Source of the DNA: Lingula anatina
Lineage: Eukaryota; Animalia; Brachiopoda
Reading direction: 5' to 3'
NCBI GenBank assembly: GCA_051362555.1
Contig: CM120645.1
Span: 7,254,001-7,318,000 of the forward strand
DNA length: 64,000 nucleotides
This document shows positions 26,570-42,512 of this stretch, piece by piece; position 1 is the first letter of the stretch, and each line of letters opens with the position of its first letter. The notes below the pieces were generated by a model. That model made no database searches and was not told the origin of the DNA. It was given only the letters and a program-made list of their open reading frames with translations. A program made the translations under genes and the position numbers.

Positions 26570-29500
26570 ATGAATGAGGATAAAATGATTAAGCTGCAGC
26601 AACAAATGAGGGAAAATCAGCTGGAATTTTCCGATTTTCTCAAAGATTTAGACACCTGGGAAGCGGACATAAAAAAGAAAGAGGAGCAACTGAAGAGTGC
26701 ACCTGTTGAAGAACAGGTTTGTAGAAAATGCAAAAGAAGAGTTAATTATTTATCGTGGCCCCTTTCAGAAAAGTGCACATATTATCAAGCAAAAGGTCGT
26801 GTATTGATATTGTGAAATGCTAATATATCTAAAGCAAATTATGCCGCACTGTACTGTCTACTGTAGCTGATTGCTTTATGGAAATGAATGAAAGAAGTGC
26901 ATCATTTTTCCTGACATGTACCTACATAGGCAGTAATTTTGCAAACTGACAACGATTAAAAATTTCAATATTTTAATATTTTAAAACCCACTGTGTGTGT
27001 CATATAAGATTGCTTTTGCAATCCTTAACTTTAAATGAATGTAATTTTTAATGTAGACAAACTCATTTTATTCAGAAACTTCCTCCAGTCAGGAACAGTC
27101 TAGAGGTAAAAAAGAAAAAGCGAAGAAAGAAGAAAAAAGCTGACACCGAGACCAAAACAGGAGAAGATAAGAAAAGTGGCAGAATAAGTGGCTATGATTT
27201 CAGAGCCTGGGATAAATTTGATGTTGTAAGGATAGATGTTGTGTCAGCTATTTCAAGGATCTAGGGCATTTCCCCATCAATAATAACTAAATGTAAAAGC
27301 AAAATTTGTGAAATGGTTAACAGTTATACCATGTTACTAACATGATGTACTCTGTACTGTACAACTTTTGTTTACATAAGATTTATACTGAAAATCACCT
27401 TGTGGTTGTGCACAGAGGAGAAAGCTTATCATTTTGTATGGAAAGAACAAAAGTAAAAAAAAATTAACCAGAAATTGCATTTAGATTTTTTTTCTTTTTG
27501 AATGAATGAAACTTATCTTTAATGCTTTCATATGTTTAACTAAGGTGTTTTATGTCAAAAATTGTTTCCTGTGGTTTAAGCACATATTACCATGAGAGTA
27601 GTAGATCAATTTTTTTTCCATGTTGATTAATTTAGTTAATCTGGCCTTAACTTAAAGGGATAATAACTTTTCGTATGAAATCTGTATTTCACAATAAAAA
27701 CATTGTGAATAGCTCATAAAAATATAATATATTCTGTTTTCCCACAAAAACGGCTGTTATAGCTATTATTCTGATATCTGAGCTTGTCTTTAGACCACGT
27801 GACCTCCATTGATGGCTATACTCTGTTAAAATCTCTTAAGAGACAAAAAACTTTTTAGAAAAAAACCAGGGACTAACTTTGAATGTAAAAATGGATTCAT
27901 TAACCATTGGTAAGTATGGGAAAATTGTTGTTTACTCCAGGAAAATTCATTTTTTGGCCGAAACGAAGAGTTGTTATCACTTTAATGTAATTGAGAGGGA
28001 TACCCAAATTACTTTGAGAAGCATGGAGTGGTAAATTGTTTAGTAACCTTTCCTTTTACTTCTGCAGGATAAAGCCTTGGAGGAGATTGATTCACGTCCC
28101 GATAAATCTTCATCTTCTTCTGAATATGAAACAGATGAGGAGTGGGAGATGGAACGCAAGAGAAAAATGGCTGTTTTGGAGAAAGAAAAGGCAATTCTTT
28201 GTATTATTTATTTATATTGAATATTAAGTCATCAAACCTCAGAAAATTTCAAAAGGTATGTTATGCATTAAGAATAAAGCAGTATTTTTTCTTCAGTCAA
28301 CAGTTGGTATTGAAATTCTTTTAATACTCAAACTGGATCCCTGATCCTTTTAAATATTATGTAAGAAGAATTTTTTCCTCTGCCAGGGAAATCAACTGTT
28401 CAAAGAAGGCAAATATGAGGAGGCTGTCCAGTGCTATACAATGGGAATGAATGCTGACCACGAGAATGCTGTTCTGCCTGCTAATAGAGCCATGGCATTG
28501 CTCAAGTTGGAAAAGTATGTGTTGACTAGTATCTCTGGCTCATTAATTTAATAAACTCACCAGTACATACATATAACACTGCAAATAAAGATGTGCAAAG
28601 ATGGATGGAACTTCCCTCGTGGTCGAGTTTTATTGCTTTGCGAAATGATCAATGTATTACCTAAGCTGTTTAAGCCTACATCATACATTTCTTTTTTCAC
28701 AAAGATAAAACGCAAACCTCCCAGGTTCTTGGTCTTCAAAGTTGACAGTAACTTAGGGTCTCATAACAGCAAATTTTACTCTGAGAAAATGCCCTCCAGG
28801 GAAGAAAAGAGCCATCGTCTTGTAGGCAGCCTTACCCATGACTGTACTGTTATCTATCCAGTGTTCATTATTTTCTTTTTGTTATTTCCAGATATGCAGC
28901 AGCAGAAGTGGACTGCACCTCATCACTTTCTTTAGACCCCACCTATATCAAGGCCTTCCACAGGAGGGGTACAGCCAGGACGGCACTCGGAAAACTCCAA
29001 GATGCCAAGCATGACTTCCAGCAAGTGTTGAAATTAGAACCTAACAACAAACAAGCTTCTTCTGAATTAAATAAGATAGAAGAGGTATGATATGGTTGAA
29101 ATATCATTTATTATCATGTTAACAGCGAATTTCATTTTTCAGATACATTTTCTTGTTTATACAGCCTGTAAGTATAATTTGCAATTGACAGTTTAAAATG
29201 CAGAAAACCTGTTACATTAATTGCATTTAAATGTTTTAGTGTTTGCGCAGTATAAGTTAAGATTTGTTTTATTTTTGTCAAATCAGTTGATTGCAAAAAC
29301 AATGTTGATTGACAATTATGCAGAATACATTAAAAATAGTTCAATTATATCCATTTCAGATTTTAAATCCCAAACCCTCCCCTTCCATATCTGCTGCCAC
29401 GCCAGGTACTGTGAAACCTGTATACAAGCCACCAGGTCAGAGATCAAAGGTTAGGGTCAAGGTCTTTATAATCTGTAGAAAGTTAGCCAAGTTTTATACA

Positions 29501-31096
29501 CGTTTTGAAAGTGTCCTTGCTGTTTTTTTTTTTTTTTTTTTTTTTTTTTTGAAATCTCTAATGCGCTTTTAAATATTTCAAACCTTTTGATGTCCATGAA
29601 TATTTACAAATGGTAAAAAATTATGTCTGTTTAGAAACCCCTCAAGAGGATTGAAATTGAAGAGATAGGTGCAGACGAAGAAGCTCGAAAGATTGAAGCA
29701 TCAATTGCAAGTATACAGGCAACCCAAAGTGAAGGAAAAAGGAAAGTTTTGGAAGGAGATGCTAAATTGTTTGAAAAATTCACATCTGCCACCAGGCTTG
29801 AAGAAGAAAAGTCATCAGTATTATCTCATAATGGTTCATTAAAATCTAATGATTTGAAAGATACTGAACACAGGCACAACTTGAGCAAATCTCCAACTGA
29901 GCTGAGTCCTAGAAAGGAAACGAGACAAAGTCCCAGACAAAATAAAAACATTACTCAAAGCAGCAGTACACCAAGTACAGTGGATGGGAAATTGACATCC
30001 TTTCAGTTTCAAGCTGAATGGAAAAGACTTAAAAATGATAATGCAGCTTTCTTTGATTATATTAAGGTGGGATTGAGATTTATTTACACTTAATGATTTG
30101 TTCAAGCTAATAATAGTAATGATTGTGACTTTTCAGAATTACTTTTTTTCAAAGAAAAATAGGGAAAGGGTATTAATTAAAGTTTGTAAGTTAAAGGTAT
30201 TTACATTCATGCAGCTTTGCTCAGTTTTGAATAGTTTGCATGTAAAATCTTGTTTTTTCACATCTTCAGCAAGTTGATCCGGCTAAGTATCCACAGCTGT
30301 TTGGGCAGTCACTGGAGGCAGATATGTTGATGAAAATGCTGACAGTTTTTGCAGAATTCTTCAATAAGTATGATGTTGTTTTATACCGCTCCCTGGGTCT
30401 GACTTTATGAAACTTGTGTCAAAGTTCAGTGACAGTTTCTAAAACCATCTGCTGCATTTTAATCGGTTCTGATTGGTTATTGTAAAGAGTAAACTTAAAA
30501 GTTATGAATCATGTGGTTTGCCCTTCATTTCCTCTTTTAAAATTTTTAAGTATTATTTATTGAACTAAAAGAGGAAAACATTAGGATAGTAATGATTTCT
30601 TTTTTTTTCTCAGAGAATTGAATCTTTTCCATCACCTTAAAGGCCTTAGTGAAGTAAAGAGATTTGATATGGCAACAATGTTTATGTCACCCAAAGAAAA
30701 GAAAGGTAAGAGAATTATAGTTTCACACCCGACATTGATTTCAGCCATCTCTATGTACTCATTGTCGCCTTTTGTCAGTGAAATGCACACCTGTTATTAA
30801 GTTAAATCCCAGTAAGAAATGTCACATATTTTCAATTCAACTCAGATTTTTACGTTTCTGCATGGGAGACCACATTTGTCCTAAAAATGCCCTTTATTGA
30901 TGCATTGAAAGACATTTTTTCAGATCAATAGCAAAATTTCAATAATTACACTTTCACTGAATAAACAACTTTAAGCCATTCTTTATTCATTTTTTTTTTT
31001 TTTTTAGTTACTGCTGAATTATTTGAGTATATGAAATCCCAGGGAACTGCAAGTAAAGAAGAGATTGAAAAGCTAGCCAAAAAGTATCATCTATGA
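26570..31096 (+). CDS. RPAP3: RNA polymerase II-associated protein 3 (R2TP co-chaperone; one TPR cluster plus RPAP3 C-domain), about 513 aa, 10 exons
   Basis: Exons 26570-26716, 27076-27225 (KLPPVRN...RISGYDFRAWDKFDV), 28068-28190, 28387-28514 (GNQLFKEGKYEEAVQCYT...LPANRAMALLKL), 28892-29084, 29360-29449, 29635-30066 (KPLKRIEIEE...TSFQFQAEWKRL), 30270-30367, 30614-30705 (LSEVKRFDMATMFMS), 31008-31096. Total 1542 nt, in frame. Confidence 0.92.
27656..27981 (+). mobile_element. Kolobok-like MITE
   Basis: TTAA-AGGGATAATAACT ... AGTTGTTATCACT-TTAA: TTAA TSD and AG..CT termini. Confidence 0.75.
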
Positions 31097-32345
31097 CAGA
31101 AGAACCCCAGATCTAAAGTAGCTGGGAGTCGACGCAACTAGCAAGTGATTGTGACAGTTGAGAAATTGAAGGCAATTTTGTCTGTTGAGACTGTGCTGTG
31201 TGTCCAGTGAAGCAGTTACTTTTACCCTGCAGTAAAAGAATGACAATATACTGTCACTTCATTACATCAGCTTCTCCAAACCTTTTTTCCACCTCTGCCA
31301 CAGGAGTAGGTTACTTTTTTCATCAAGATATCTCAAAAAGGTCAGTGTAAATGAGGGTGAAATTTGCAGGATAGACTGAGATGAAGCAGTTTCGACTGAA
31401 TCCAGTTCTAATATCTGTTCATAAGTGCCCTTTTCCTTGGAGGAACTCTGGGCTTCTTTTTTTTTTTTTTAAATGATGTTACCAGTAACCAATGGAATCT
31501 ACTGCAACAGAAGTTAATATGATGCTCATTATTTAAATGCATCTTTATTAACAAGCTTTAATTGTATGGAATTGTAATACTGCTGCACACTGGACCTGTA
31601 CTCCAGTTACTTTATACCCATTTTTACTGTGATTCAAATGATAACACGTATATCCCATCTGCATAATTTTTTTTCACTTCATGGAATACATTGTAGATTA
31701 GAACTATTGTGTAAGATAGAGATGGGAGTCATAGGATTCATTTTTACACAATATGGTAAAATTTGTATGTAAATGCAGGCCAAAGAGCACCACTGTGTTG
31801 TGATAAGTGTTGTATTTTTAAAATAAAACTATGAAAAAGCTACAAAAATATGGATATAAAAGATATAAAAAAAATATATTATTCAATTTTTTAATCAGAT
31901 GTATCTTTAATACATAACAGCAGCATTTTTGCAAGCGCTAGTGGTTATAACAGTACACAAACCAATACCCTAACAACAGCATTTCCTCATTCCAAGATGA
32001 TGTATCTGTCGAAAACAGGTTGCAATTGAAATAAGTATTGCATAATGAAATAATGTGCTAAAAGGTGCTTCTCCATGTTGAAAGCGAACTTACATATTCA
32101 AATGTGTGCTTTTTGATACCCCCGAGTGAGCAAAATATGACAGCGTTAAGTTATAGCATAATGTACCGACACATTCATTTTGCTCTCATACGTCCATTTT
32201 AACACTGCCCCAACGTCAATTAAGAAACCAAATTACATATTATATTATAACTTAATATGAAATTATTTCACGATCATCATGGTCGTCTTTCAAAAGACTC
32301 AGAAGTCTTCACCAAAGTGTGCCTATAGTTTGTACAGAGCGCCAT

Positions 32346-32615
32346 CTATCCAGACTTGAAGAGCAGGATGGCAACTTGTCCCAGATAGAAGTAGATGAAA
32401 TGCCTGGTTTCGTGTGTAACATAACTGCCAAAGTTACGTCCCACAATGGCGTGCCAAGTAGGGTTGTATTTCTTATCAAACTCTTTCTTGATGTAGGCGG
32501 CAATGTCCTTCTCGATGTTGAACTTCTCCAGGGCTTGCATGGCACAATCTACGGCGTCTTGCTGCATATCTTCTGCCATGTCAGCGTTCTTTATTACTGC
32601 CTTTTTGTCACTCAT
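32346..32615 (-). CDS. DYNLL: Dynein light chain LC8 (DYNLL1/2-type), 89 aa
   Basis: [25 protein letters not shown]...[42 protein letters not shown]. Acceptor 4 nt upstream of the ATG; probable 5'UTR exon donor at 33703/33702. Confidence 0.97.
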   Translation of the reverse strand: MSDKKAVIKNADMAEDMQQDAVDCAMQALEKFNIEKDIAAYIKKEFDKKYNPTWHAIVGRNFGSYVTHETRHFIYFYLGQVAILLFKSG

Positions 32616-33273
32616 GATTCTGAGGAAAAAAGAGAATGAAAAAAAGTTTTTCAAAAATAAATAAATAAATAGATAAATACAGATTGATCAGATTCCGCCA
32701 AAAATTTTGAATTGTATTTTTTTTTTTATTTCATGCCTTGAAAAGTCTTCCAAAAATAACTTTCATCAAAGCCCTAGGGAAAAATTTGGCTGAAAAATGG
32801 ATTTCATGTTATGAGTGACAGTTTACGCTAGTCCATGTAATGGCACTTTTTATAATGTTTATATTCATTCAAATTAATGACAAAAATTTTAAAGAACAAG
32901 ATAATTAAAGTTGAAGTACCACATATCGCATATCGCTGGGGACACACCCTAAAGACAAATTACACTACTGTATTAAGTGGTAGAACGGGTTATAATGTGG
33001 GTACACCCAAGGACGTTCAATTTGCGTTCATGGTACACTCTAATATAAGTGCTATTTATCACTCTGCAGGGGATTGCACAGTCTAATAAGTACTCTGCTA
33101 ACTTTAAAAAAGTACCAGTCTAATCTCAACAGACAGCGCTCTCCATCGTTTGTTCAGTAACGTTTATAGGCCTATGAAAACACTGCCACATAAAGTCAAG
33201 CTCTTTACACACAATGTAAAAATCCAATTTTTGAAAAAGTTGCTACAGAGGCTTCCATCAAAAGTTCCACTTA

Positions 33274-33438
33274 CAGGCCCGTAGCCAGGGGGGTTCGAGG
33301 GGTTCGAAAGAACCACCCTTTTTGCTGGGAAAAGGTCCACTGGGTAAAATTTGACCTATTGTACTTGAGGATTTTATGTTAAAAGGTCCACTTTTTCAGA
33401 AAACGAACCCCCCTCTGAAATTGCTGGCTACGGGCTTG
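33274..33438. mobile_element. MITE family B copy (5-bp TSD ACTTA)
   Basis: ACTTA-CAGGCCCGTAGCCAG ... CTGGCTACGGGCTTG-ACTTA. Reverse complement of 12780-12957. Confidence 0.85.
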
Positions 33439-36126
33439 ACTTAAGTGTCGAATAAAAAAAATCAACAGTTCGCGGTAAGAGCAATGCCAGAATTGTTACG
33501 ACTGCCGTAATTTAAAATATTTTCCAAAGTAAAAGAGCCATCTCGTGTCTTAAGGTTGTCTGTCTGTCTGTATGCATACAATAAGTAAGAATAGATAGAT
33601 ACAAGATGAAAATGCACGACGTGGTTATATAGATGCTTTCCATACAAATTATAGCCTATAGATGTGTAAACATACTAAATTAATGTAAAGCGAATACATT
33701 ACCTTGTTTACTAACTGTAGATCAACAGCAAACTCTCCACTGTCGTTGTGCTTGTCTTTTCTCTGCAAAGATATCATTAATTTTTGGTTCCTTAAATAAA
33801 GCATCACGTTGAATTAATTGCTTTTCCCGCCTGCATTTATGCCGCCCATTAGTGAGACTTTTGGTTGGCCATTAAACAGCATCTTGAGTAAGCATTTAGC
33901 AAGAAAAAACAAAACATTTTTATTATAACAACAAAACACATGCACATTTTAAGCAAGTGCAAAGGGAACAAGGACCTACTGAGACATCTCTGATGAGACT
34001 CGATATCTGTTGACAACATAACTGTCGTGTATAGCCTGTCTTGCCAGTGTTGGCGGGATTTTTAACCGCGACCACACCTCGATGTTGATTTCAAGTTCAT
34101 GAAAAATGGCCGTCTTGCATAGACGAGAAAGCATGCCTCCTTAATTAATAATCTTTAAATATATAAAGTGAAAAATGGAAACAAAGAATATTTGAGAAAT
34201 AATATAAATTGATAGTCTAACGTATTTACCCATCTATTTTGGTCGAAGTCGAAAGTCACCTCTATAGCATCATATAGATATAGTACATACCTCTCTATAT
34301 GCTTAATAAAATTTTGATAAACTTTTTAAGTGTATTAATTACATCCACTAGTTATCATTCAGGTGTGGATTCCTTACGTCCGTACATACGGTGTATAAAA
34401 TGCTCTAATCGACGTGAAAAAGATAAAGACCTAAATATGTATATCCTAAATAAAGAGACAATGTCAGTAATTATAAAGGCAGAGGGGTAGGTTAGCCTTA
34501 TGTAGGTAGAGGGAATGGGATTAAAAAGGTTTATATAAAAGTTTTACCTTGAATAAGCTCTTAAACTTTCCTTGTGAGTCCGCCGTAGTAAGAACTCAGC
34601 AGGTCCGCCACTCTTTTGACCACGTTTTATTCACAAAGTGTTCAGCAATATGATTGGTCGAATTTATGTGAATGGTTTTTGTGAACTGGCCCAAGTCATT
34701 TGCTTGGAAAATAACTACTCACCTATGATTATATAAGATTCATGTGTAATCATTTGCATGACAATTAAGGTGACACCCATGATAAATTAGATTATTTAAG
34801 GACACCATGTAAATGTAAAATTGATTTTTTAAAGATTTTGCTTTTTATCAACACTTACAGTTTTGTCAAGGTACAGGGCGACAATTAATATCACAAAAAC
34901 GTCATTAAAACGGACTTTTGTCGCATTTCAACCCCAGTGTACCTTTGTTCCACATTAAAGATGTAAAATTAGCTTCCCTGATTAGATCAGGGATAGCCTC
35001 TAAGCCCGTTAAACCAACGGAGTGCGTAAGACCATGATAAAAAGAAATAATTTATTTATCTCACGAAATAAATGCTTTCCTGGGTAAGCAGCATCGCTGA
35101 TTGAGTTTTAGCCATCCTTGGCCGACCAACTACTGAGATTTTTGGTCGATTATAGTAAGGTAGTCGTGAGCTTCATATATAATTGTTGAGTTTGATTAAT
35201 TTACATAAAATAGCACGCGTCCTGTGATGTGTAAAAATTTGACGCCTTGAGATGTGGTTATGCAAATAAATGGCTTGATAAAATCGCGTTTATTATGCAT
35301 GCGGCTATATAACGCATTAACACCGCTTGGCCTTGATGAAAACTTGGCCAGTTATAAGTATAGTTGACTGAAACGAGAATACGTATACAGGCAAGTGTAT
35401 CAAGATGGTGACATTTTAAATTTATGGCGATTCAGATAATTACCCCAAATGCGTCTCCTGCATAATCCAGTGAAGCACATTCAGGTGTTGATATTGTCGA
35501 GGGGGGGTCCACGTTTTGGCCCCCGAAAGGATTTTAACTAGCCAGCAAGTATAGATTTCACCTATCAAGATTATCTATACTGTAAACCTGATCATATTTA
35601 ATAATTTCTTCGAGTTGCACTTATGAAGTTTTGGGATAATCTGAAATCAACGAAAAGACACGTGGAAGTCTGCTTTGTGTGAGTCATCATTAACATAAAC
35701 AACAGGAACATAAATGGTTGGAAAACATGCTGAATGTACACGTAGGAGTTCTGCTAAGGAGTTTGATATTGGGTAGTGACTTCATGTGCATCTCAGACAG
35801 AAGATAGTTGAAGCATTCGGAATTAAGTACATACAAGTACATTTAAAAATTAGATAAAGGACAGGCACGCTCTGTAGCGCAGAGAGAAAGTTGTGATGGA
35901 AGATCTTCAAATCAAACTCATCGCAGTCGACTATCTTTTACATGTAAGAACTACCATATGTAATGTGATAATTTCCATGTATAAACCATGAACACCTTTT
36001 GTACTTTAGTAGGGCAGTTGATGTTCTTATTCTAACGCCTGGGTTTGCTTAGAGTGATCTCACAGGAGGAGTTAAGGACGTTCTGCATTAAAAAAAGACA
36101 CGCGCACCTGCACGTTCAACAGAGAA

Positions 36127-37332
36127 ATGCATCACATAATAATCCGCACGACTCGGGGCAGGCCTCGCATCCCCGTCACGTTCATTAGTCAACTTCTTCG
36201 TGTATTCGCTGTGACCATGCTGTGTGTTCTGTTAATCGGAGTGGCAAAATATTATCTAGGTATCACACCGCCAGTGTACGAATATAGCACAAAACAGTAC
36301 ATAAACGTTACGAACTTCGAAATGCCTTATGTTAAAATGAAGGGAAAAGTTGGGGACATAGTTAAGACGTCTCATACATTAGGCGTCGCGCAACAGCACA
36401 AAGAATATACGAATTTAAAGAAAATATCTCTTGCTATTGGTGAAAAATATACACACGGTTATTTTCAGGAACTAGAAAGCCTGTGGAAATACGTAGACCG
36501 TTACGCTGTGAATGTCAGCGAGCTCACGTTCAACGCGAGCACGCATGTGTATGAGGCTCACGGCAAACCCTTCTTATGGCTGTACTGGGATGGACCGCAT
36601 ATGCCTGCTTACATACGACTGTGTATACTCACAATCGTTTGCCATAACTTCGAAGATTTTAACATCAAACTTTTAAACGACGCCGAATTCTCAAAAAGCG
36701 TTCCAGATTTACATCCCTTCTTTAAGTCGCTTACCCCAAATCATAAGGCGGATTATTTTCGCGCCAGCATCCTTTGCCAATACGGGGGGACGTATCTTGA
36801 TGTCGATACGCTTAGTTTTAAATCTGTAAGAGAAATGCATGAAAGACTGACTGATTATGACTTTACAGCGTGTGGCAACAATGTATACTCCTATTATACT
36901 TCCAACATTGGACCCATTCGTGCACGGACAGTTTTAGCGCAAAAATGGATATCGGAAATTCATCGGCTTATGAACAGTACGGCATCCTTTGGAAGAGTTT
37001 TAAAATACGGAAACGATCCGTTCACACGAAGCCGTTTAGCAATTGAGATATTCTCACCTATATTGAAAGATCTTTTGAAGAATAAACAATTAAAGTTATA
37101 TTATTATGATGCGTCAAAAACTTGGGGTCAGTTTGACCAGAACGCCATCATGTCAACTTCGCGAGATCTGGTGCGAGATTTGAAAGAAACGGACCTTTTA
37201 GTGCTCCAAAATGATCTGTATCCAAAGGAACTGAAAACACATACGGCAACACAGGTTTTAAATGCAACTTTTGGATTGTCCAAACTATTAAGGCATTCTT
37301 TGAGCACATGTAGGAACAAACGCGTGACTTAA
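36127..37332 (+). CDS. DxD glycosyltransferase A (GT32 / capsular-polysaccharide-synthesis-like domain), type II membrane protein, uninterrupted 401-aa ORF
   Basis: N-terminal hydrophobic anchor (LRVFAVTMLCVLLIGVAKYYLGI), then WLYWDGPHMPAYIRLCILTIVCHN...NHKADYFRASILCQYGGTYLDVDT, the D..R...L..YGG.Y.DxD signature of GT32-type enzymes. Confidence 0.85.
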   Translation: MHHIIIRTTRGRPRIPVTFISQLLRVFAVTMLCVLLIGVAKYYLGITPPVYEYSTKQYINVTNFEMPYVKMKGKVGDIVKTSHTLGVAQQHKEYTNLKKISLAIGEKYTHGYFQELESLWKYVDRYAVNVSELTFNASTHVYEAHGKPFLWLYWDGPHMPAYIRLCILTIVCHNFEDFNIKLLNDAEFSKSVPDLHPFFKSLTPNHKADYFRASILCQYGGTYLDVDTLSFKSVREMHERLTDYDFTACGNNVYSYYTSNIGPIRARTVLAQKWISEIHRLMNSTASFGRVLKYGNDPFTRSRLAIEIFSPILKDLLKNKQLKLYYYDASKTWGQFDQNAIMSTSRDLVRDLKETDLLVLQNDLYPKELKTHTATQVLNATFGLSKLLRHSLSTCRNKRVT

Positions 37333-37877
37333 AGAAATCTTTAAATGAAGATGCAGGAAAGTATAGTCATATGTTGCTGTTCATAAAAAAATTACTTGGA
37401 AATCATACTCAAAGCAACGTTATGGTCACATATGTCAATCCAACGTGGTTTCCACTTGCCTTTTGAAGATTTGCATGGGAATTGCATTCAAATTAATGAT
37501 GTGCCTTTTTTGCCACGTTGAAGTCAACGTGGGAGTAAAACGAAGTCCCCACTTTTCCAGATGTGCGTGGGAAGCGTATTCAAAGTAACGTGACATTATG
37601 GAAAAGCTCCATCCAACGAGAGGACGATAATGTTGTGCATTAACGTTTAAATTGTGATGTCTACTTGATTCTGTTAGTTGCGCTGCCTTGGTTTATCTTG
37701 TAATACATGTAACACCACATTTATATCGCATTTCCGCTACATGGCTATATTTTCCAGTATCAGGCTGAACGCTCGAATTTTATTAACACAGATTTTTAAG
37801 GGAAGCTTTGAAATGTTTTCTCAACTGATGTGAAATGTCCTAACTATAATTGCAGTGATGACACTGTTCAGAGGAAA

Positions 37878-37921
<44 letters not shown>

Positions 37922-38369
37922 GTTGACAATGGATTGGAAAGTGAGCGTACGCGAACATAATGGGTATAAAGAAAAACGTGCATGTTTATTGGCATTGTTC
38001 TGCTATTTCTCATCGTTAAATGTTCAGCACTGCACGTGGCCCTGTCAAAAGTGATAACAGCCATGCATTTCTGCAATATTTTGTGTGTTTGAACAACGTG
38101 AGCATGAGACACCGCCAATATGTGTTGTATGGAAAAAATTGTATCAGTTCGTGCATTTATTTATTTATGTTATGTATTTTTGTAAACGGGAAATATGTAA
38201 CTTGTCCTAGTGTGTGACTGAACAAAGAAAATGATTCATGTAAAACTAGCCCCGATGTGGGTCCATTTAGCAAGACTACATGGAATTTAAACCGAATGCG
38301 GTTGTTTCAATAACAAAATGAAATTGTTAACATGGCTGGTGTGAATTATAACAGAAATATTAAAGTTGG

Positions 38370-38404
<35 letters not shown>

Positions 38405-39158
38405 TCACAAGTTATCTGTTTCTAGAAGCATTTATCCAGTGAGATATAAATATTATAAAAAATTATGTATCATTTTGAAGACTTTCACAAAAATGTAAAT
38501 AAAGATCTTAATAAATTTAAGACTGGGAATGTTTATTAAATGCATTCAATTGAATTTACTCTCTATATGAACTGGAAGTAATATTAACTGTATACTTGGC
38601 AACTTCTTTATTATTTAAACAATATGTACTTTTTACAAGCAAGCAATAAACGCAGATCCCCGTCAAGGCAACTCAGTTCTCATTATTATCCTTAATTATT
38701 AGTTAATCGATTAATTGAATCATAATTAGTTCATTAATTGATTACCTAAAAAATTAATTAACTACCAACATAGCACATTACCGACCTATCCTGCGTGCGG
38801 GTCAGTTGTGGGTGTATCATGCCCTCAAAAATGATAAAGCATTATACACCTGTCTGTCTGATGTTTGGAACATCTATTTGTGAAATATGGTGTATTCTTC
38901 GCTCTGTAAGTGACACTTGAAGGAAAAATACTCATGGGACTTGAGAAAGTGTTTTTTCACATAGATACAAGGGGAAATGAATTTAAATCAAACCCGCTGA
39001 GCTCTGCGTCAAAGGTTAAAGCATGACGAAAAAAAAGGTTGATGAATTCCTGACAACGAACAACCAAGCATACTACTTATAGCATCTCAATGCATTGATA
39101 TGTCAAGTGTTGTTTGGATGGGCTTTTATATATTCCTGTAAGTGAACCGTATAGGCCA

Positions 39159-41587
<2,429 letters not shown>

Positions 41588-42512
41588 TTTTCATCTTTAA
41601 GTAACCAGCTTTGGTTCGATTTCGAAACAAAGGAAAATAACTTGAATGTGCAATAATTATGATGATGACTTTTTTGCCTAGCAATATGGAAATAAAGATA
41701 TGTTTTCTCAGTATGCCCTTGGAGAAAGAGAGCAACCCACAAGCAGGCGCAGCAAGTGCCAATACCCATGCATAAACATAGGCCATAAAAGCAATACTCA
41801 TATATATGCCATCGAGGGAAATTTAACACCAACGAAATAGAAATGTGATTAGCACAAGTTAGGGTTAGACGGAATATTGGGGTTAGTATACGGGACGGTT
41901 GTCACCTGTAAAAACGGATTAGGGTTCCTAGCGGACTACTTTCCCTGTTACACCTGTATTTCACCTTAACATACCCTAGCATTAAATAAGCATAAATATT
42001 TCATTGTTCACTGGCCAATGTTAAATTCTTGATGATCACTGTCTGAGGTACATTGTATCACAGAAAAGCTTAAACTTCATTAAGTACACACTGCAAGCTT
42101 CACGCGAAAACTCCAAAAAGACATACTGATACTGATCAGTGATAAAACGTTGAGATGAGCCTGTGGTTAATATATAGGCCTACTACATATAGGACTACCA
42201 TTCCTGTCACACCGGCATTGATGTGACGTTGAACTCAAAAGCAAAATATTATGACCTCTTCAGACTTCCTGTGCTCAGCAGGTCATGGGACGCACAGTGT
42301 ATATTCAGAGTCAAGCCTTGTCTCAGGCACCTACTTGCGACATTGACCTAATAACGACTAGTGAGTAGACATACTGGTGGTGTATTATGTCTGATTCAAC
42401 AGGTGCGTGGTTCACGTCGGGCAATTTAGGTCACCTGAAATATCATATTATGTATGGTTATATAACCTTGTTCAAAAACGAAATGTACGTGTAGCCTACG
42501 TGGTCTTTTTCT

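Noticed and set aside
32309-32639. Overlapping 78-aa and 106-aa ORFs at the LC8 locus
   Set aside because: They are alternate-frame and antisense shadows of the conserved LC8 CDS.
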